A stretch of DNA of 64,000 bases from Desulfatiglandales bacterium (GCA_963666345.1 OY762721.1:2432001-2496000), one strand, 5' to 3'. Positions 52,283 through 62,447 are shown, numbered from the stretch's first letter. Translations and numbers: made by a program. The notes: generated by a model from the letters alone, not told the origin.

Positions 52283-53343
52283 CAGCAAGGCCCCTTCCTT
52301 TCCTTATCGGAATATTTTTTCGTGTCTTTTACCAGGCTTGAAGCTTCTGACCGGTTTCTCTTGAAATAGTGTCTGACAATGGCGGCGGCAAACGCGAGAC
52401 CGCCGTAAAGGTAGTAGAACCAGTGCCACGGTATCGCCTTCAAGGTAAACCACAGCCCGCGTTTTCTGAGGAAAAAGCCGTATAGCGATGAATTGAGCAT
52501 GAGCAGAGAAATGACTAGGGCGCCTGTTGTAAGAAGAAACCCGGGCCACCACACTGTTACTGCTAAGGAAACCATGAGCCCGTATGTCAGCACAACGCCC
52601 GCACGTTCTGAATAGCGAAGATTAAGGTCGCTTTTTGAAAATCGGTCTCTTAGTATCAGTTCCGACCATGGAAGTGCCCTGTCAAGGAAATCCGAGCTTA
52701 ATAATGATTTGGCTCCCCAGTGCTTGAAGTGCTTTACCTGTAAGGATTTAAGGAGCTTGATCCTGTACCCGGCCCTTTTAAGCCGGTAGCCAAGTTCTAT
52801 GTCTTCAATAGATGGCCGCCTGTAGGTCTCATCAAAACCACCCAGCTCCAGAAAAACATCACGGCGGATCGCGCCGCAGGCTCCCCAGAACGTGAAGGCT
52901 TCTTCTAGGCCTTTCTGGTGAACGTGATGATGAAGGAGATTTTTATACTGGGAAAGAAAGTTGGTCTCAGACGGCTCATCATCGTATGATCCGAAAATAG
53001 CGGCTAGGCTATGATCCTCTTGAAACACCCTTAGAATTATTTCAATGGCATCCCGCGGAACGGTCACATCAGCATCGACAAAAAAGAGGATGTCGCTCCC
53101 AGCCGAGCGCGCGCCCAGGTTTCGCGCCTTGGCAGGTCCTCCGGCGACCGATATCCTCAATACCCTGGCTCCGGATTCCTCGGCCGCGCGCCAGGAACCG
53201 TCAGTGTCGCCGTCCGCAACGGCGATGATCTCTTCCGGAGGAGTTTGGAGCGCTTCCAGGCTCGCTAGGCACTTCCGGAAATTTGATCCTCCCCTGTGTA
53301 CCGGTATGATTACTGAAATGGTCGGCTTTCTAGTAAAAGGCAT
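52282..53343 (-). CDS. Glycosyltransferase family 2 with C-terminal TM helices
   Basis: ISVIIPV, GPAKARNLG, FVDADV, GGFDE...IEDIELGYRL. Confidence 0.9.
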   Translation of the reverse strand: MPFTRKPTISVIIPVHRGGSNFRKCLASLEALQTPPEEIIAVADGDTDGSWRAAEESGARVLRISVAGGPAKARNLGARSAGSDILFFVDADVTVPRDAIEIILRVFQEDHSLAAIFGSYDDEPSETNFLSQYKNLLHHHVHQKGLEEAFTFWGACGAIRRDVFLELGGFDETYRRPSIEDIELGYRLKRAGYRIKLLKSLQVKHFKHWGAKSLLSSDFLDRALPWSELILRDRFSKSDLNLRYSERAGVVLTYGLMVSLAVTVWWPGFLLTTGALVISLLMLNSSLYGFFLRKRGLWFTLKAIPWHWFYYLYGGLAFAAAIVRHYFKRNRSEASSLVKDTKKYSDKERKGPC

Positions 53344-53534
53344 AATCCAATAAAATTACTGAACACCGAAAAAGATACTCGTTTTTGCCAATGTGCCGGG
53401 TCGAGTTGCGATTATCTACAAGTTGTTAGACTTTTGCAAACTATAACTTCTTCAGCAATTCAAACAGATATCCTTGGTCATTAGGAACATCTCCACGAGG
53501 GTTCGAGCGAATTGTAGATATCTGTGAGATCCTC

Positions 53535-55490
53535 TTATGCGGAAATAAGCTCAATAAGGGCCTTTGTACTCTTTTTGGCATCCCCCGGAATCAGAAGGGT
53601 CTGTTTTTCCCGGTATAAGGGGTTTTCCACGCCCGAATATCCCGGATTTTCATCCAGATTGAGTACCAGCACGTGTCTGGCCTGATGGGCCATAAGGATC
53701 GGCATGCCTGAGATGGGGGTGCCTTCGGTCTCAATGGCTGCCGGATTGACCACGTCGCATGCGCCGACTATCATTGCCAGATCGGTATCCTTGAACCGCG
53801 GGTTGATCTCATCCATCTCGATCAGTTTGTCGTAGGAGACTTCCGCCTCTGCCAGAAGTACGTTCATGTGCCCCGGCATCCTGCCCGCCACAGGGTGTAT
53901 GGCGAATCTGACCTCTTTTCCCATCTGTTCAAGCATTCGGGCAAGCTGCGCCACGTTGAACTGTGCCCCGGCAAGGGCCATGCCGTAACCGGGTATGATG
54001 ATGATACGGTTTGAAGATTTCAGAAGTTCAGCCGCCCCGGCAAGGGGATCCTTGTTGTCCTCTTCGGGAACCTGCGAGCCGCTTTCGGTTGCAGCGGTTT
54101 CGTCAAATAGCGCCGACAGGATCCGGCCCACCGTATCCTTTGCGTTTCCTAAAAGCATGATTGCCCCGGCCTGACGGTACAGGGGATTTTCCACGCCCGA
54201 ATATCCCGGATTTTCATCCAGATTGAGTACCAGCACATGTCTGGCCTGATGCGCCATGAGGATCGGCATGCCTGAGATGGGGGTGCCTTCGGTCTCAATG
54301 GCCGCCGGGTTGACCACGTCGCATGCGCCGACGATCATTGCCAGATCGGTATCCTTGAACCGCGGGTTGATCTCATCCATCTCGATCAGTTTGTCGTAAG
54401 AGACTTCCGCCTCTGCCAGAAGTACGTTCATGTGGCCGGGCATCCTGCCTGCCACAGGGTGTATGGCGAATGCGACCTCTTTTCCCATCTGTTCAAGCAT
54501 TCGGGCAAGCTGCGCCACGTTGAACTGTGCCCTGGCAAGGGCCATGCCGTAACCGGGTATGATGATCACCGATCGGGCCTGACTTACTGCCCGAACAGCC
54601 GCGGCAAAAGGGTCTTCTTCGGCCGGCGGGATCATGGCCGGTTGCGCTGTGTGCCGGGGTGCTTTCTCCTGTTTCTCCGCTCCTTCAACAGGTTTTGAGT
54701 GAACGGGAATGAATACCCTGATGAGATTTCGGTTCATGGCCCGGCACATGACCAGCGTCAGAATGGAGCCTGAGGCAGCTACGGTCGCGCCGCAGGCGAT
54801 CAGAAGCCTGTTTTGTATAATGATGCCGCAAAGGGCCGCTGCCAGCCCTGCCGTGGCATTTAAAAAAGAAATGAGCACCGGCATATCGGCCCCTCCGATC
54901 CTTATGGAAAAGACAATGCCCAGGAGCATGGAAAAACAGATCAGGAGGATCAGCAGGGAAGATGTACCGCTGAAAGAGGGGATCGCCGCCATTATCCCGA
55001 TCGCGACAATCAAAAGGAGGTTGCCCTGAATGAGTCGGTCGTGTTTCGGCAGGACAGTCGGTGTCTGTTTTAGTTTGTTTGCAAGTTTTCCGCAGGCGAT
55101 CATGCTTCCGCTGAAGGTGGCCGCTCCCACCACAAGACCCATAATCCCTGCCACGGTTCCCACTTCGGAAATCTCCGCAGTGTGGCGGGATAATTCAAGG
55201 AAAGAGACCAGGAAGGCTGCAACACCCCCTGCTCCGTGCTGAAAGGCCACCATGGCGGGGATCTGGATCATGCTGACCCGCATGGCCACAATCCACCCCA
55301 AAGCCGAACCGATTGCCAGGGCGGCTATAACGATCCCCGGGTCCAGGATGTCGTTGCGGTAAAGGACCAGAAACAGGGCGCACAAAAGGGCGAACGCGGC
55401 GGTGAGATTTCCCGCCCGCGCCCCCTTGGGGGCGCGGAACATTCGTATACCGATAATGAGAATGAAGATAACGATCAGATCGATGATCAT
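53535..55490 (-). CDS. pntB: NAD(P)+ transhydrogenase subunit beta with duplicated domain III
   Basis: TFSGSMIACGKL and IGGADMPVLISFLN, then two copies of IIPGYGMALA.AQ...FAIHPVAGRMPGHMNVLLAEA...GACDVVNPAA...GYSGVENPLY. Confidence 0.95.
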   Translation of the reverse strand: MIIDLIVIFILIIGIRMFRAPKGARAGNLTAAFALLCALFLVLYRNDILDPGIVIAALAIGSALGWIVAMRVSMIQIPAMVAFQHGAGGVAAFLVSFLELSRHTAEISEVGTVAGIMGLVVGAATFSGSMIACGKLANKLKQTPTVLPKHDRLIQGNLLLIVAIGIMAAIPSFSGTSSLLILLICFSMLLGIVFSIRIGGADMPVLISFLNATAGLAAALCGIIIQNRLLIACGATVAASGSILTLVMCRAMNRNLIRVFIPVHSKPVEGAEKQEKAPRHTAQPAMIPPAEEDPFAAAVRAVSQARSVIIIPGYGMALARAQFNVAQLARMLEQMGKEVAFAIHPVAGRMPGHMNVLLAEAEVSYDKLIEMDEINPRFKDTDLAMIVGACDVVNPAAIETEGTPISGMPILMAHQARHVLVLNLDENPGYSGVENPLYRQAGAIMLLGNAKDTVGRILSALFDETAATESGSQVPEEDNKDPLAGAAELLKSSNRIIIIPGYGMALAGAQFNVAQLARMLEQMGKEVRFAIHPVAGRMPGHMNVLLAEAEVSYDKLIEMDEINPRFKDTDLAMIVGACDVVNPAAIETEGTPISGMPILMAHQARHVLVLNLDENPGYSGVENPLYREKQTLLIPGDAKKSTKALIELISA

Positions 55491-55546
55491 ATTTATCCTT
55501 TCAGGTTGTATCCGGCCTTGACCCGGAGTTTAAAATGAGCCGGATT

Positions 55547-55858
55547 TCAGGCCTCCTTTTTGATCTCAGGGCCTTTGTCCTGTTTTGCTTTAAACAGGCG
55601 CACCATGCGATCCGTGATCACGAAACCCCCTACCAGGTTGAACGCGGCCATAACAAGGGCTACGGCGCCTATGATCTTGTCGCCCGTGGTGGTCACGACC
55701 GAAAAAAGGAGGAGCGCCCCCAGAATGGTCACGGCCGATATGGCGTTGGTCATGGACATGAGAGGGGTGTGCAGCAACGGCGGAACCCTGGAGATAAGGA
55801 GATACCCTATGATAAAGGCGAATAAAAAAACCGAAAGCATTAGAAAAAGATCGATCAT
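55547..55858 (-). CDS. pntAB: NAD(P) transhydrogenase subunit alpha, membrane part
   Basis: VPPLLHTPLMSMTNAIS, NLVGGFVITDRM. Confidence 0.93.
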   Translation of the reverse strand: MIDLFLMLSVFLFAFIIGYLLISRVPPLLHTPLMSMTNAISAVTILGALLLFSVVTTTGDKIIGAVALVMAAFNLVGGFVITDRMVRLFKAKQDKGPEIKKEA

Positions 55859-55892
55859 GACGCAATCCTCTTAAATGTTGGAAACATCCTTT

Positions 55893-57053
55893 CTAAATTT
55901 CGCCCATTGCCTTGAGCGCGCCTTCAAACAGGATTTTGCCCTGGTATGTAACGAGAGAGGCCTTGGTGATTTCATCTTCCAGATCCATTGCATCAGGGCC
56001 TTTCTTGAAGAGGTTCTCCACATAATAGTACATGTTGTTGGCATACAGCCAGCTTGCGTGGACCGGCAGCCTGCCGGGTATGTTCTGCATTCCGCATACA
56101 TAGACGCCATGTTTTGTGTATTCATTGCCCGGTTGAGTTATCTCACAGTTTCCGCCCTGGTCGACTGATACGTCGATAATGACGGACCCGGGTTTCATGG
56201 CGGCAACCATCTCATCGGTGATCAGGACCGGGGCAAGTTCTCCCGGTACCAGGGCGCTCAGAATCAGGACGTCCGTTTCAGGCATCAGCGGGGTGAGGGC
56301 GGCTCGTTCCCTGTCAATCCACTCCCGGCTCAAGGCCCTGGCATATCCGCCTTTCCCGTGGGCCAGATCTTCAGGGACATCGAATCCCGGGATTTTGGCA
56401 CCCAGGGTTTCGGCCTGTCTTCGGGCCTCCTCACGAATGTCGACCGCCTTTACCACTCCGCCCAGGCGCTTGCCCGTGGCCAGGGCCTGGAGACCTACGA
56501 CGCCCGCGCCGATCACGAGAAAACCGGCCGGCTTGACCATGCCAATGGCCGTGCCGATCATGGGAATGAACTTGGGAAGGTTGTTGGCCGCGATAATGAC
56601 CGATTTATAACCGGTGAGCGTGCTCATGGAGGTCAGCGCGTCCATCCTCTGGGCCCGGGAGATACGGGGGATTCCGTCCATGGTAAAGGATGTGATGTTC
56701 TTGTCCCTGAGTTTGCGGATGATTTCATGGCTGCCGGGTGCTGCCGGGTGGAGAAAGGTGATAAGAGTTTTCCCCTCCGGGATCATATCCGCCTCATGCC
56801 GGCCTGTTTGTTCATTGAGACAGGGCTGTTTCACCTTAAGGATTATGCCCGCAGTGTTGAAAAGCGTTTCAGGATCCGGCGCTATCTTTGCTCCGGCCTT
56901 CTCGTATGCTTCATCCGTACAATAGATGCCTTCGCCTGCCGTTGATTCAACCACAACGTCAAATCCGAGTGCGACATATTTTTCGACCGTCTCAGGCGTT
57001 GCAGCTACCCTCTTTTCTTTCGGCATTACTTCCTTGGGAATTCCTATAATCAT
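55893..57053 (-). CDS. pntAA: NAD(P) transhydrogenase subunit alpha, NAD-binding part
   Basis: IGIPKE..PKEKRVAATPETV, PRISRAQRMDALTSM, VIGAGVVGLQA, MKPGSVIIDVSVDQGGNCE. Confidence 0.93.
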   Translation of the reverse strand: MIIGIPKEVMPKEKRVAATPETVEKYVALGFDVVVESTAGEGIYCTDEAYEKAGAKIAPDPETLFNTAGIILKVKQPCLNEQTGRHEADMIPEGKTLITFLHPAAPGSHEIIRKLRDKNITSFTMDGIPRISRAQRMDALTSMSTLTGYKSVIIAANNLPKFIPMIGTAIGMVKPAGFLVIGAGVVGLQALATGKRLGGVVKAVDIREEARRQAETLGAKIPGFDVPEDLAHGKGGYARALSREWIDRERAALTPLMPETDVLILSALVPGELAPVLITDEMVAAMKPGSVIIDVSVDQGGNCEITQPGNEYTKHGVYVCGMQNIPGRLPVHASWLYANNMYYYVENLFKKGPDAMDLEDEITKASLVTYQGKILFEGALKAMGEI

Positions 57054-57123
57054 TTTTTGCCTCCGTTCTATGTTAGAGATAGACTACCCAAGCCCGGAAG
57101 GTCCCGGGTCCGGGAAATAGTTT

Positions 57124-57576
57124 TCAAGGTTGTTCCGGGTAAAGTATCCATTTACCTTTGGCCTTCATCACCATAAAGGAATCGGTGGAACGGATTCCCC
57201 CCACCTGCGGAAGGGCGTCCGCAAGAAAATCATAGAGCCCGGGCATGCCACCCGTTGTCACCACCTCGACCATGATATCGTAGTTACCGGTTACCACGGC
57301 CGCCCAGTGAATCTGGTTCAGTTCGGATATCTGATCGAGCTTTTCATCCAGTTCCTGATGCCTTTCAAGGCATATCCCCACAATGGCAACAGTGAGTTCC
57401 TTGCTTTTAAACGCGTTGACAAGGCCTGCCACGCGCAGGACCCCGGAGCGGAAAAGGGCGTCAAGACGGGCGCGGACAGTGGGCGGGGTAATATCGAGAC
57501 TCTCTGCAATTTTTCCCACGGGCATCCGTCCGTCCCGGGTAAGGAGATTGATCAGACCCTTGTCCAGGGGATCCAT
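57124..57576 (-). CDS. Lrp/AsnC family transcriptional regulator
   Basis: MDPLDKGLINLLTRDGRMP...IAESLDITPPTVRARL; VTGNYDI. Confidence 0.92.
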   Translation of the reverse strand: MDPLDKGLINLLTRDGRMPVGKIAESLDITPPTVRARLDALFRSGVLRVAGLVNAFKSKELTVAIVGICLERHQELDEKLDQISELNQIHWAAVVTGNYDIMVEVVTTGGMPGLYDFLADALPQVGGIRSTDSFMVMKAKGKWILYPEQP

Positions 57577-57875
57577 CTCTCTTTCTTTCTCTTTCAACGG
57601 CAGCCTCCAAAGCAAAAAATAAGGGTCTATTATTTCTAATAGCATAAATAGCAGTAGAAAAATATTCTGATAAGAAGAATGTAATGTCAAGAAGTTTTTA
57701 TTGCCAGGCCGGAATGATTGTCAACAGGTGAGATAAGTTAATTTAAGCAGGGGTAAGCCGTAGAGGCCTCCTGTTTTGTAATGCCATGTGAATTAAGAAG
57801 CGGTTGCGCCGGTTTGGCGAGCAATAATTCCGCTGCCGGTCAGGGGGGCAAAAACTTGGTGCCTTTTCCAGGCTG

Positions 57876-58023
57876 GTGTTCGTCCATAAATCAGGATTTA
57901 TGGACGAACGCTGTCAGCAATCGGCTGTCAGTAAAACATTCGTAATATCAACTTATCGGCTGCCTGCCGATAGCTGACGACTGAAAGCGGTATCCTGAAG
58001 TGATAAATTTCCGGATGGGTACT
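57876..58023. repeat. Palindromic, MITE/REP-like intergenic element
   Basis: Perfect 15-bp inverted repeat at 57878-57909 plus degenerate GCTGTCAG / CTGAC short repeats. Confidence 0.45.
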
Positions 58024-58064
58024 GGGCTAATGGAAATGGCCTGCTGTTGAGCTGTATTTAGGGG

Positions 58065-58811
58065 TCAGCGGAATCTGCCGCTAAAGTTCATCCTGTTATG
58101 TTCCCTCTGCTTTCTTACCATCTCTTCCATCTGCCGTATTGTCAGGTTTCCGTTTATTACAAAATATTCACCTATGGATGGCTGAACAAGGCGTTGCTTC
58201 CCAAGGAGCGCCATAAGTTTATAAGGAGTCAGGTAACCCATTCGAATCGCGCATTCCCCGAATTTTTCCCTGTGGCTTCGGCTCATCAGAATTTTATGGA
58301 TATCCTTGCTGGAAAGCATCCCCCATTCAAAGGCTGTTTGGCCGAGAAGGGGCCTTTGTCGTCTCTGCCATATGATTGAATCTATAAAGGCGTTCCAGGA
58401 AATAGCGCCGGAATAGTATAAAAACTGCCCAATCAGAAGTTTTCTTCCCGGGATTTTTCCTGAAAAAAAATGATCCGAGTTCCTTTTGTCCGGTCTTTGT
58501 TTTGAAAAGGTGGTCTTGCGGTTTTTCCTAATAACAGATTCCCTTTTTGGTATTGCCGCCCCCGGGTTGTTTATGACTGAACAGAGTTTTTCATATGCCA
58601 GGTTTACTCTTATAAAATGATCATTTAGTTCGGACCTGTCCGTGCCGATGGCTTCCGCCCTGTCGGGGTGCGTCTCAAGGGCCTTTTTCCGATAAGCGGC
58701 CTTAAGGCCCGAAGGCTGGATGTATTTCAGAAAATCAGGAGAAAAAACTGTTCTGGGGCCGAAAAGGACACCGCACGCATCGAAAAGCTCGGCTGTCGTG
58801 ACTGTCTGCAT
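58065..58811 (-). CDS. J-domain (DnaJ N-terminal) protein with C-terminal MshEN-like motifs
   Basis: LKAAYRKKALETHPDR...FIRVNLAYEKL; four GxxxxxxGxL-type motifs in the C-terminal half. Confidence 0.82.
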   Translation of the reverse strand: MQTVTTAELFDACGVLFGPRTVFSPDFLKYIQPSGLKAAYRKKALETHPDRAEAIGTDRSELNDHFIRVNLAYEKLCSVINNPGAAIPKRESVIRKNRKTTFSKQRPDKRNSDHFFSGKIPGRKLLIGQFLYYSGAISWNAFIDSIIWQRRQRPLLGQTAFEWGMLSSKDIHKILMSRSHREKFGECAIRMGYLTPYKLMALLGKQRLVQPSIGEYFVINGNLTIRQMEEMVRKQREHNRMNFSGRFR

Positions 58812-59297
58812 CGGTTTTCCTTTCATTGAAAAATGCGGTAAGACATCAATATCGGCAAATGATTCCGATTTGCCGTTTTGCTTATAGAGTAAGAACTTGA
58901 GGGTCCGTAAATAGCCTGTTTTGTCCGAAAGGGTTGCCCTTTTGTTATGTCCGTTACAGGCGACAAACGGCTGATGTAAACAATTAGGCAACTTCCGTGA
59001 TTATGGAAGAAGCTCCTATGCTGTTAATCGGAAATGAGTAAAATAACTTTAGACAAAAAAATATTCAGGGCAATAGTTACCCCCCCCCCCAATTATCATA
59101 AACATCATATATACCAAAGGCGTGTTATCCCTGCACCATCAAGAGGAAATGTGCGATCTATATGTACGGCTCAGTCGTCGCTCCTTGCTTGTATCCGACA
59201 CCTCGCCCGTGCCCAGGTTCCCGATCCATTGATTTTCATGTCGATAAAACAAGACGGTGGATTCGAGCTTATCGGATAGGATTGAATATTACATTTG

Positions 59298-59332
59298 AAA
59301 AAAAGGGGGTGCGGTCGAAACCGCAGCCCCCT
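59298..59332 (-). terminator. Intrinsic terminator of the MCP gene
   Basis: Minus strand AGGGGGCTGCGGT-TTCG-ACCGCACCCCC followed by a T run. Confidence 0.8.
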
Positions 59333-59378
59333 GTCCTGCTGCTGAAGCAGGCAGTCTAAAACCCCTCGGCCCCTCAAG

Positions 59379-61283
59379 TTAAAAGTCCTTGAAATCTTCG
59401 TCTTCAAGCGGGATGAGCTGCTTAGGATCCGTCTCCACTTTCCGTGCAGTGGCCGGTTCCATAAGCCTCTTTGCCTTTCCGGCACCTGCCCGGCCCTTTT
59501 TTACTCCGGCAGTCCGGTTAACTGCGCGGCCCCTTTTTCCGTCAACAATCGCAACAAGGTCATTGACAAATCCCTTCATCTGCTCGGCCTGGGCGTTCAT
59601 CTCCTCCGAGGCACTGGCAGACTCCTCCGCGTTGGCCGCGTTCTGCTGCACCACCTTGTCCATCTCGGCAACCGCCGTATTGACCTGCCCAATGCCCTGT
59701 GCCTGCTCGTTTGAGGCGGCCGCGATCTCAGCCACCAGCTCACCCACCTTTGCCGTACTCTCGGCCACCTGGCCGAACGCCTCGTTGGTCCTGCCGACAA
59801 GGGTTGTGCCGTCATTTACCTTCTTTACCGTGCCTTCGATAAGTTCCGCCGTGTTTTTGGCCGCATCGGCCGAGCGCATGGCAAGGTTTCTGACCTCTTC
59901 GGCCACAACCGCGAATCCGGCCCCCGCCTCTCCTGCGCGGGCAGCCTCAACTGCGGCGTTCAGGGCCAGGAGGTTTGTCTGAAAGGCGATCTCATCGATC
60001 GTCTTGATGATCTTTGAGGTCTCCTCGCTTGCCTTTGAGATCTCATCCATGGACATGGTAAGCTCCGACATCGACTCATCGGCCTGGGCGACCACCTTGT
60101 TGGCATCCTTCATGAGACCGTCCGCCTGAGCCGCGTTTCCCGCATTCTGCTTGGTCATGGAGGACATCTCCTCAAGGGAGGAGGATGTCTCCTCGATACT
60201 TGCCGCCTGCTCGCTTGCCCCTTCGGCCAGAGACTGGCTTGAAGAGGACACCTGCCCTGAGGCCGCCGCCACCTGGTCCGCACCTTCGTTCAGACCTTCA
60301 ACCGTACGTATTATCGGGTTGGTGATGCTGCGGGCAAAGAACAGGACTCCGAGGATCGTAAAGGCCAGAAAGATAGCGCCGACAAGCAGGATGAAATTTC
60401 GAATGGCGTGGGCTGCGCTTAAAAATTCATCGGAAGGCTGCGTAAGCCCTATGCTCCAATTCGTAAGTTTCGCAGGGGCGTATCCGGCAATTTTCGTTAT
60501 CCCTTCAAAGGCATACGATTCGACTCCGGTTTGCTGGGCCATCATCTTGCCGATAATTCCTTCCATACCTTTCAACTTTGCAAAATTGGTGCTGAGCACG
60601 TGTTTTTCATCGGGATGGGCAATGCATAAACCGGTCTTATCAATCATGAATGCATATCCTGTCTTACCGACTTTTACCGATGTTATCTTGTCTGAAAGAA
60701 AATCCAGTTTCATTATATTTGTCACTGTACCGAGAAACCGGCCATCTTTTGAAAGAATCGGTGCACATACCGGAACAGTCGGTTTTCCTGTTATCCTGGA
60801 TTTTACGGGGGTGGAAACGTTGGCTGTTCCCATTTTTGCCTTGTTGAAATATTCCCGGTTCGCTATGGAAATGCCTTTATACTGCCCGCCGTTTCCATCC
60901 GCAAATACGGTTCCCTTAACATCGGACACCACGATGGATTCATAATCGGTGCCTCGGTGTTTCATGGCTCGAACGAGCATGGAGGTCAGGTCTTCGATCT
61001 CAGGCGCGGTTTCCTGATCACCCCCTTCAGCCACCGTAGCTGAAGCCGCCAGGGTGGCATTTCCCATGGCAAGCTCTTTGGCAAGCTTTACTTCCTCCTG
61101 AAGAACCAGTTGTGTCATATTAGCCAAATCCCTGGCCAGATTAATCGCCTGTTCTTTTGCAAGGGATTCAAGTGCCCTGGATGCCTTAATGTTTGTAAAT
61201 ATCCCTATGACCAGTATAGGGATCAACACGACCAGAATTCCGCCTGTAATAAGTTTGAAGTTGAGAGATCTATTTTTAAACAT
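59379..61283 (-). CDS. Methyl-accepting chemotaxis protein with Cache sensor domain
   Basis: Two TM segments, Cache motifs ([18 protein letters not shown]), [37 protein letters not shown]. Confidence 0.96.
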   Translation of the reverse strand: MFKNRSLNFKLITGGILVVLIPILVIGIFTNIKASRALESLAKEQAINLARDLANMTQLVLQEEVKLAKELAMGNATLAASATVAEGGDQETAPEIEDLTSMLVRAMKHRGTDYESIVVSDVKGTVFADGNGGQYKGISIANREYFNKAKMGTANVSTPVKSRITGKPTVPVCAPILSKDGRFLGTVTNIMKLDFLSDKITSVKVGKTGYAFMIDKTGLCIAHPDEKHVLSTNFAKLKGMEGIIGKMMAQQTGVESYAFEGITKIAGYAPAKLTNWSIGLTQPSDEFLSAAHAIRNFILLVGAIFLAFTILGVLFFARSITNPIIRTVEGLNEGADQVAAASGQVSSSSQSLAEGASEQAASIEETSSSLEEMSSMTKQNAGNAAQADGLMKDANKVVAQADESMSELTMSMDEISKASEETSKIIKTIDEIAFQTNLLALNAAVEAARAGEAGAGFAVVAEEVRNLAMRSADAAKNTAELIEGTVKKVNDGTTLVGRTNEAFGQVAESTAKVGELVAEIAAASNEQAQGIGQVNTAVAEMDKVVQQNAANAEESASASEEMNAQAEQMKGFVNDLVAIVDGKRGRAVNRTAGVKKGRAGAGKAKRLMEPATARKVETDPKQLIPLEDEDFKDF

Positions 61284-61341
61284 TGATACTTCTCCTTATG
61301 AACTGCTTAGGTGTTTTCAGTTTATGCGTGAAAGCGAGTTG

Positions 61342-61854
61342 TCAGGCGGCCTTTTCAAGCTGTTGGATTTCATCAACACTCAGTACCCGATCGATATCGA
61401 GCAGTATCTTTACCCCGCCGTCCATCTTGGCCATGCCCAGGATGTAGTCTGTATTCAGCTTTGTACCGAAGGTGGGAGTGTCTTCGATATCATCCGCCCT
61501 GATGTTCAGCACCTCTGATACCGCATCCACCACTATGCCGATCATGACCACACCCGAGTCTCCCTCAACCTCAACTACTATGATGCAGGTGCGTTCGGTA
61601 TAATCGATTACCTCCATCTTGAATCTCAATCTCAGATCTATCACAGGGATTACCTTGCCCCTGAGGTTGATTACCCCTTTTACGAACCCGGGCGTCCTGG
61701 GTACCGTGGTAATAGGCATCATCCCTATGATCTCCTTGATCTTGAGGATGCCGATGCCGTACTCCTCTTCCGCCATGCTGAAGGTGAGATATTTCCCCTC
61801 TCTGTCTGCCATGGACTTAACGGCCTGATCCATTATTTCTGTTGATTCAGCCAT
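61342..61854 (-). CDS. cheW: Chemotaxis protein CheW
   Basis: KYLTF..EEYGI.I..IKEII, VKGVINLRGKVIPVIDLR, GIVVDAVSEVL. Confidence 0.96.
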   Translation of the reverse strand: MAESTEIMDQAVKSMADREGKYLTFSMAEEEYGIGILKIKEIIGMMPITTVPRTPGFVKGVINLRGKVIPVIDLRLRFKMEVIDYTERTCIIVVEVEGDSGVVMIGIVVDAVSEVLNIRADDIEDTPTFGTKLNTDYILGMAKMDGGVKILLDIDRVLSVDEIQQLEKAA

Positions 61855-62393
61855 CTGTTTTAATCCCTCCTCTCAATGTTTGCTCAGCCTATTTAAAAAG
61901 TAGAAAAACGAGGCTTCATGTTTTGGTTTGCTTATGTGAATAAAAAAGGTCCCTCCGGTTGATAATCAGGACTGTTAATTTTATCGGAAATCTGTCAGAT
62001 AACTTTAGTAATATTGATAGAAATTCCGGAGAATTTTTACAGATGACATGTTCAGGCGGACGCATAAGGGGTTGTGCCGGGAAAATCGGGCGGACAAAAA
62101 CAGGTGATGTCGGTTGGTTACAAAAAATATTGAGGGATTTTGAAAAAGGGAAGGGGGGCTGTTTAAATAGATAGAATCTCTGTTCAACCTTTGTTCATGA
62201 ATTATCTTCTCTGAAAGGTCAGGCAAATTTCACCTGATTGCGATCTGACAGGAGTCGTTTTGGCGGTTTATGGTAACCTTGGAACAGTACCGGATGGACC
62301 AACTTTTTGTTGACATGGGCGGACCGTCATAATAGAAATTGTACAAACAGGGCACGAAACCCTATAACACGCATAAAGACATTAAAAATTAAC

Positions 62394-62447
62394 AAAAGCC
62401 ACGAAGGTGATTTTCCATGAACAGGGGATACCTCCGTGGCTTTTTTT
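62394..62447 (+). terminator. Terminator-like hairpin in the leader of the FmdE genes (possible attenuator)
   Basis: AAAAGCCACG-A-AGGT...ACCT-C-CGTGGC followed by a T run, 220 bp upstream of ATG 62668 with no same-strand gene before it. Confidence 0.6.

Noticed and set aside
58860..58990. c-di-GMP-I riboswitch upstream of the J-domain gene (GGGCAAC...GAAA-like text)
   Set aside because: Stem order and the conserved GCAAA/P2 elements do not fit on either strand.
59130..59290. Short ORFs or repeat fragment between the J-domain and MCP genes
   Set aside because: Single occurrence in the window and no coding signal; may be a REP-like remnant but this is unsupported here.
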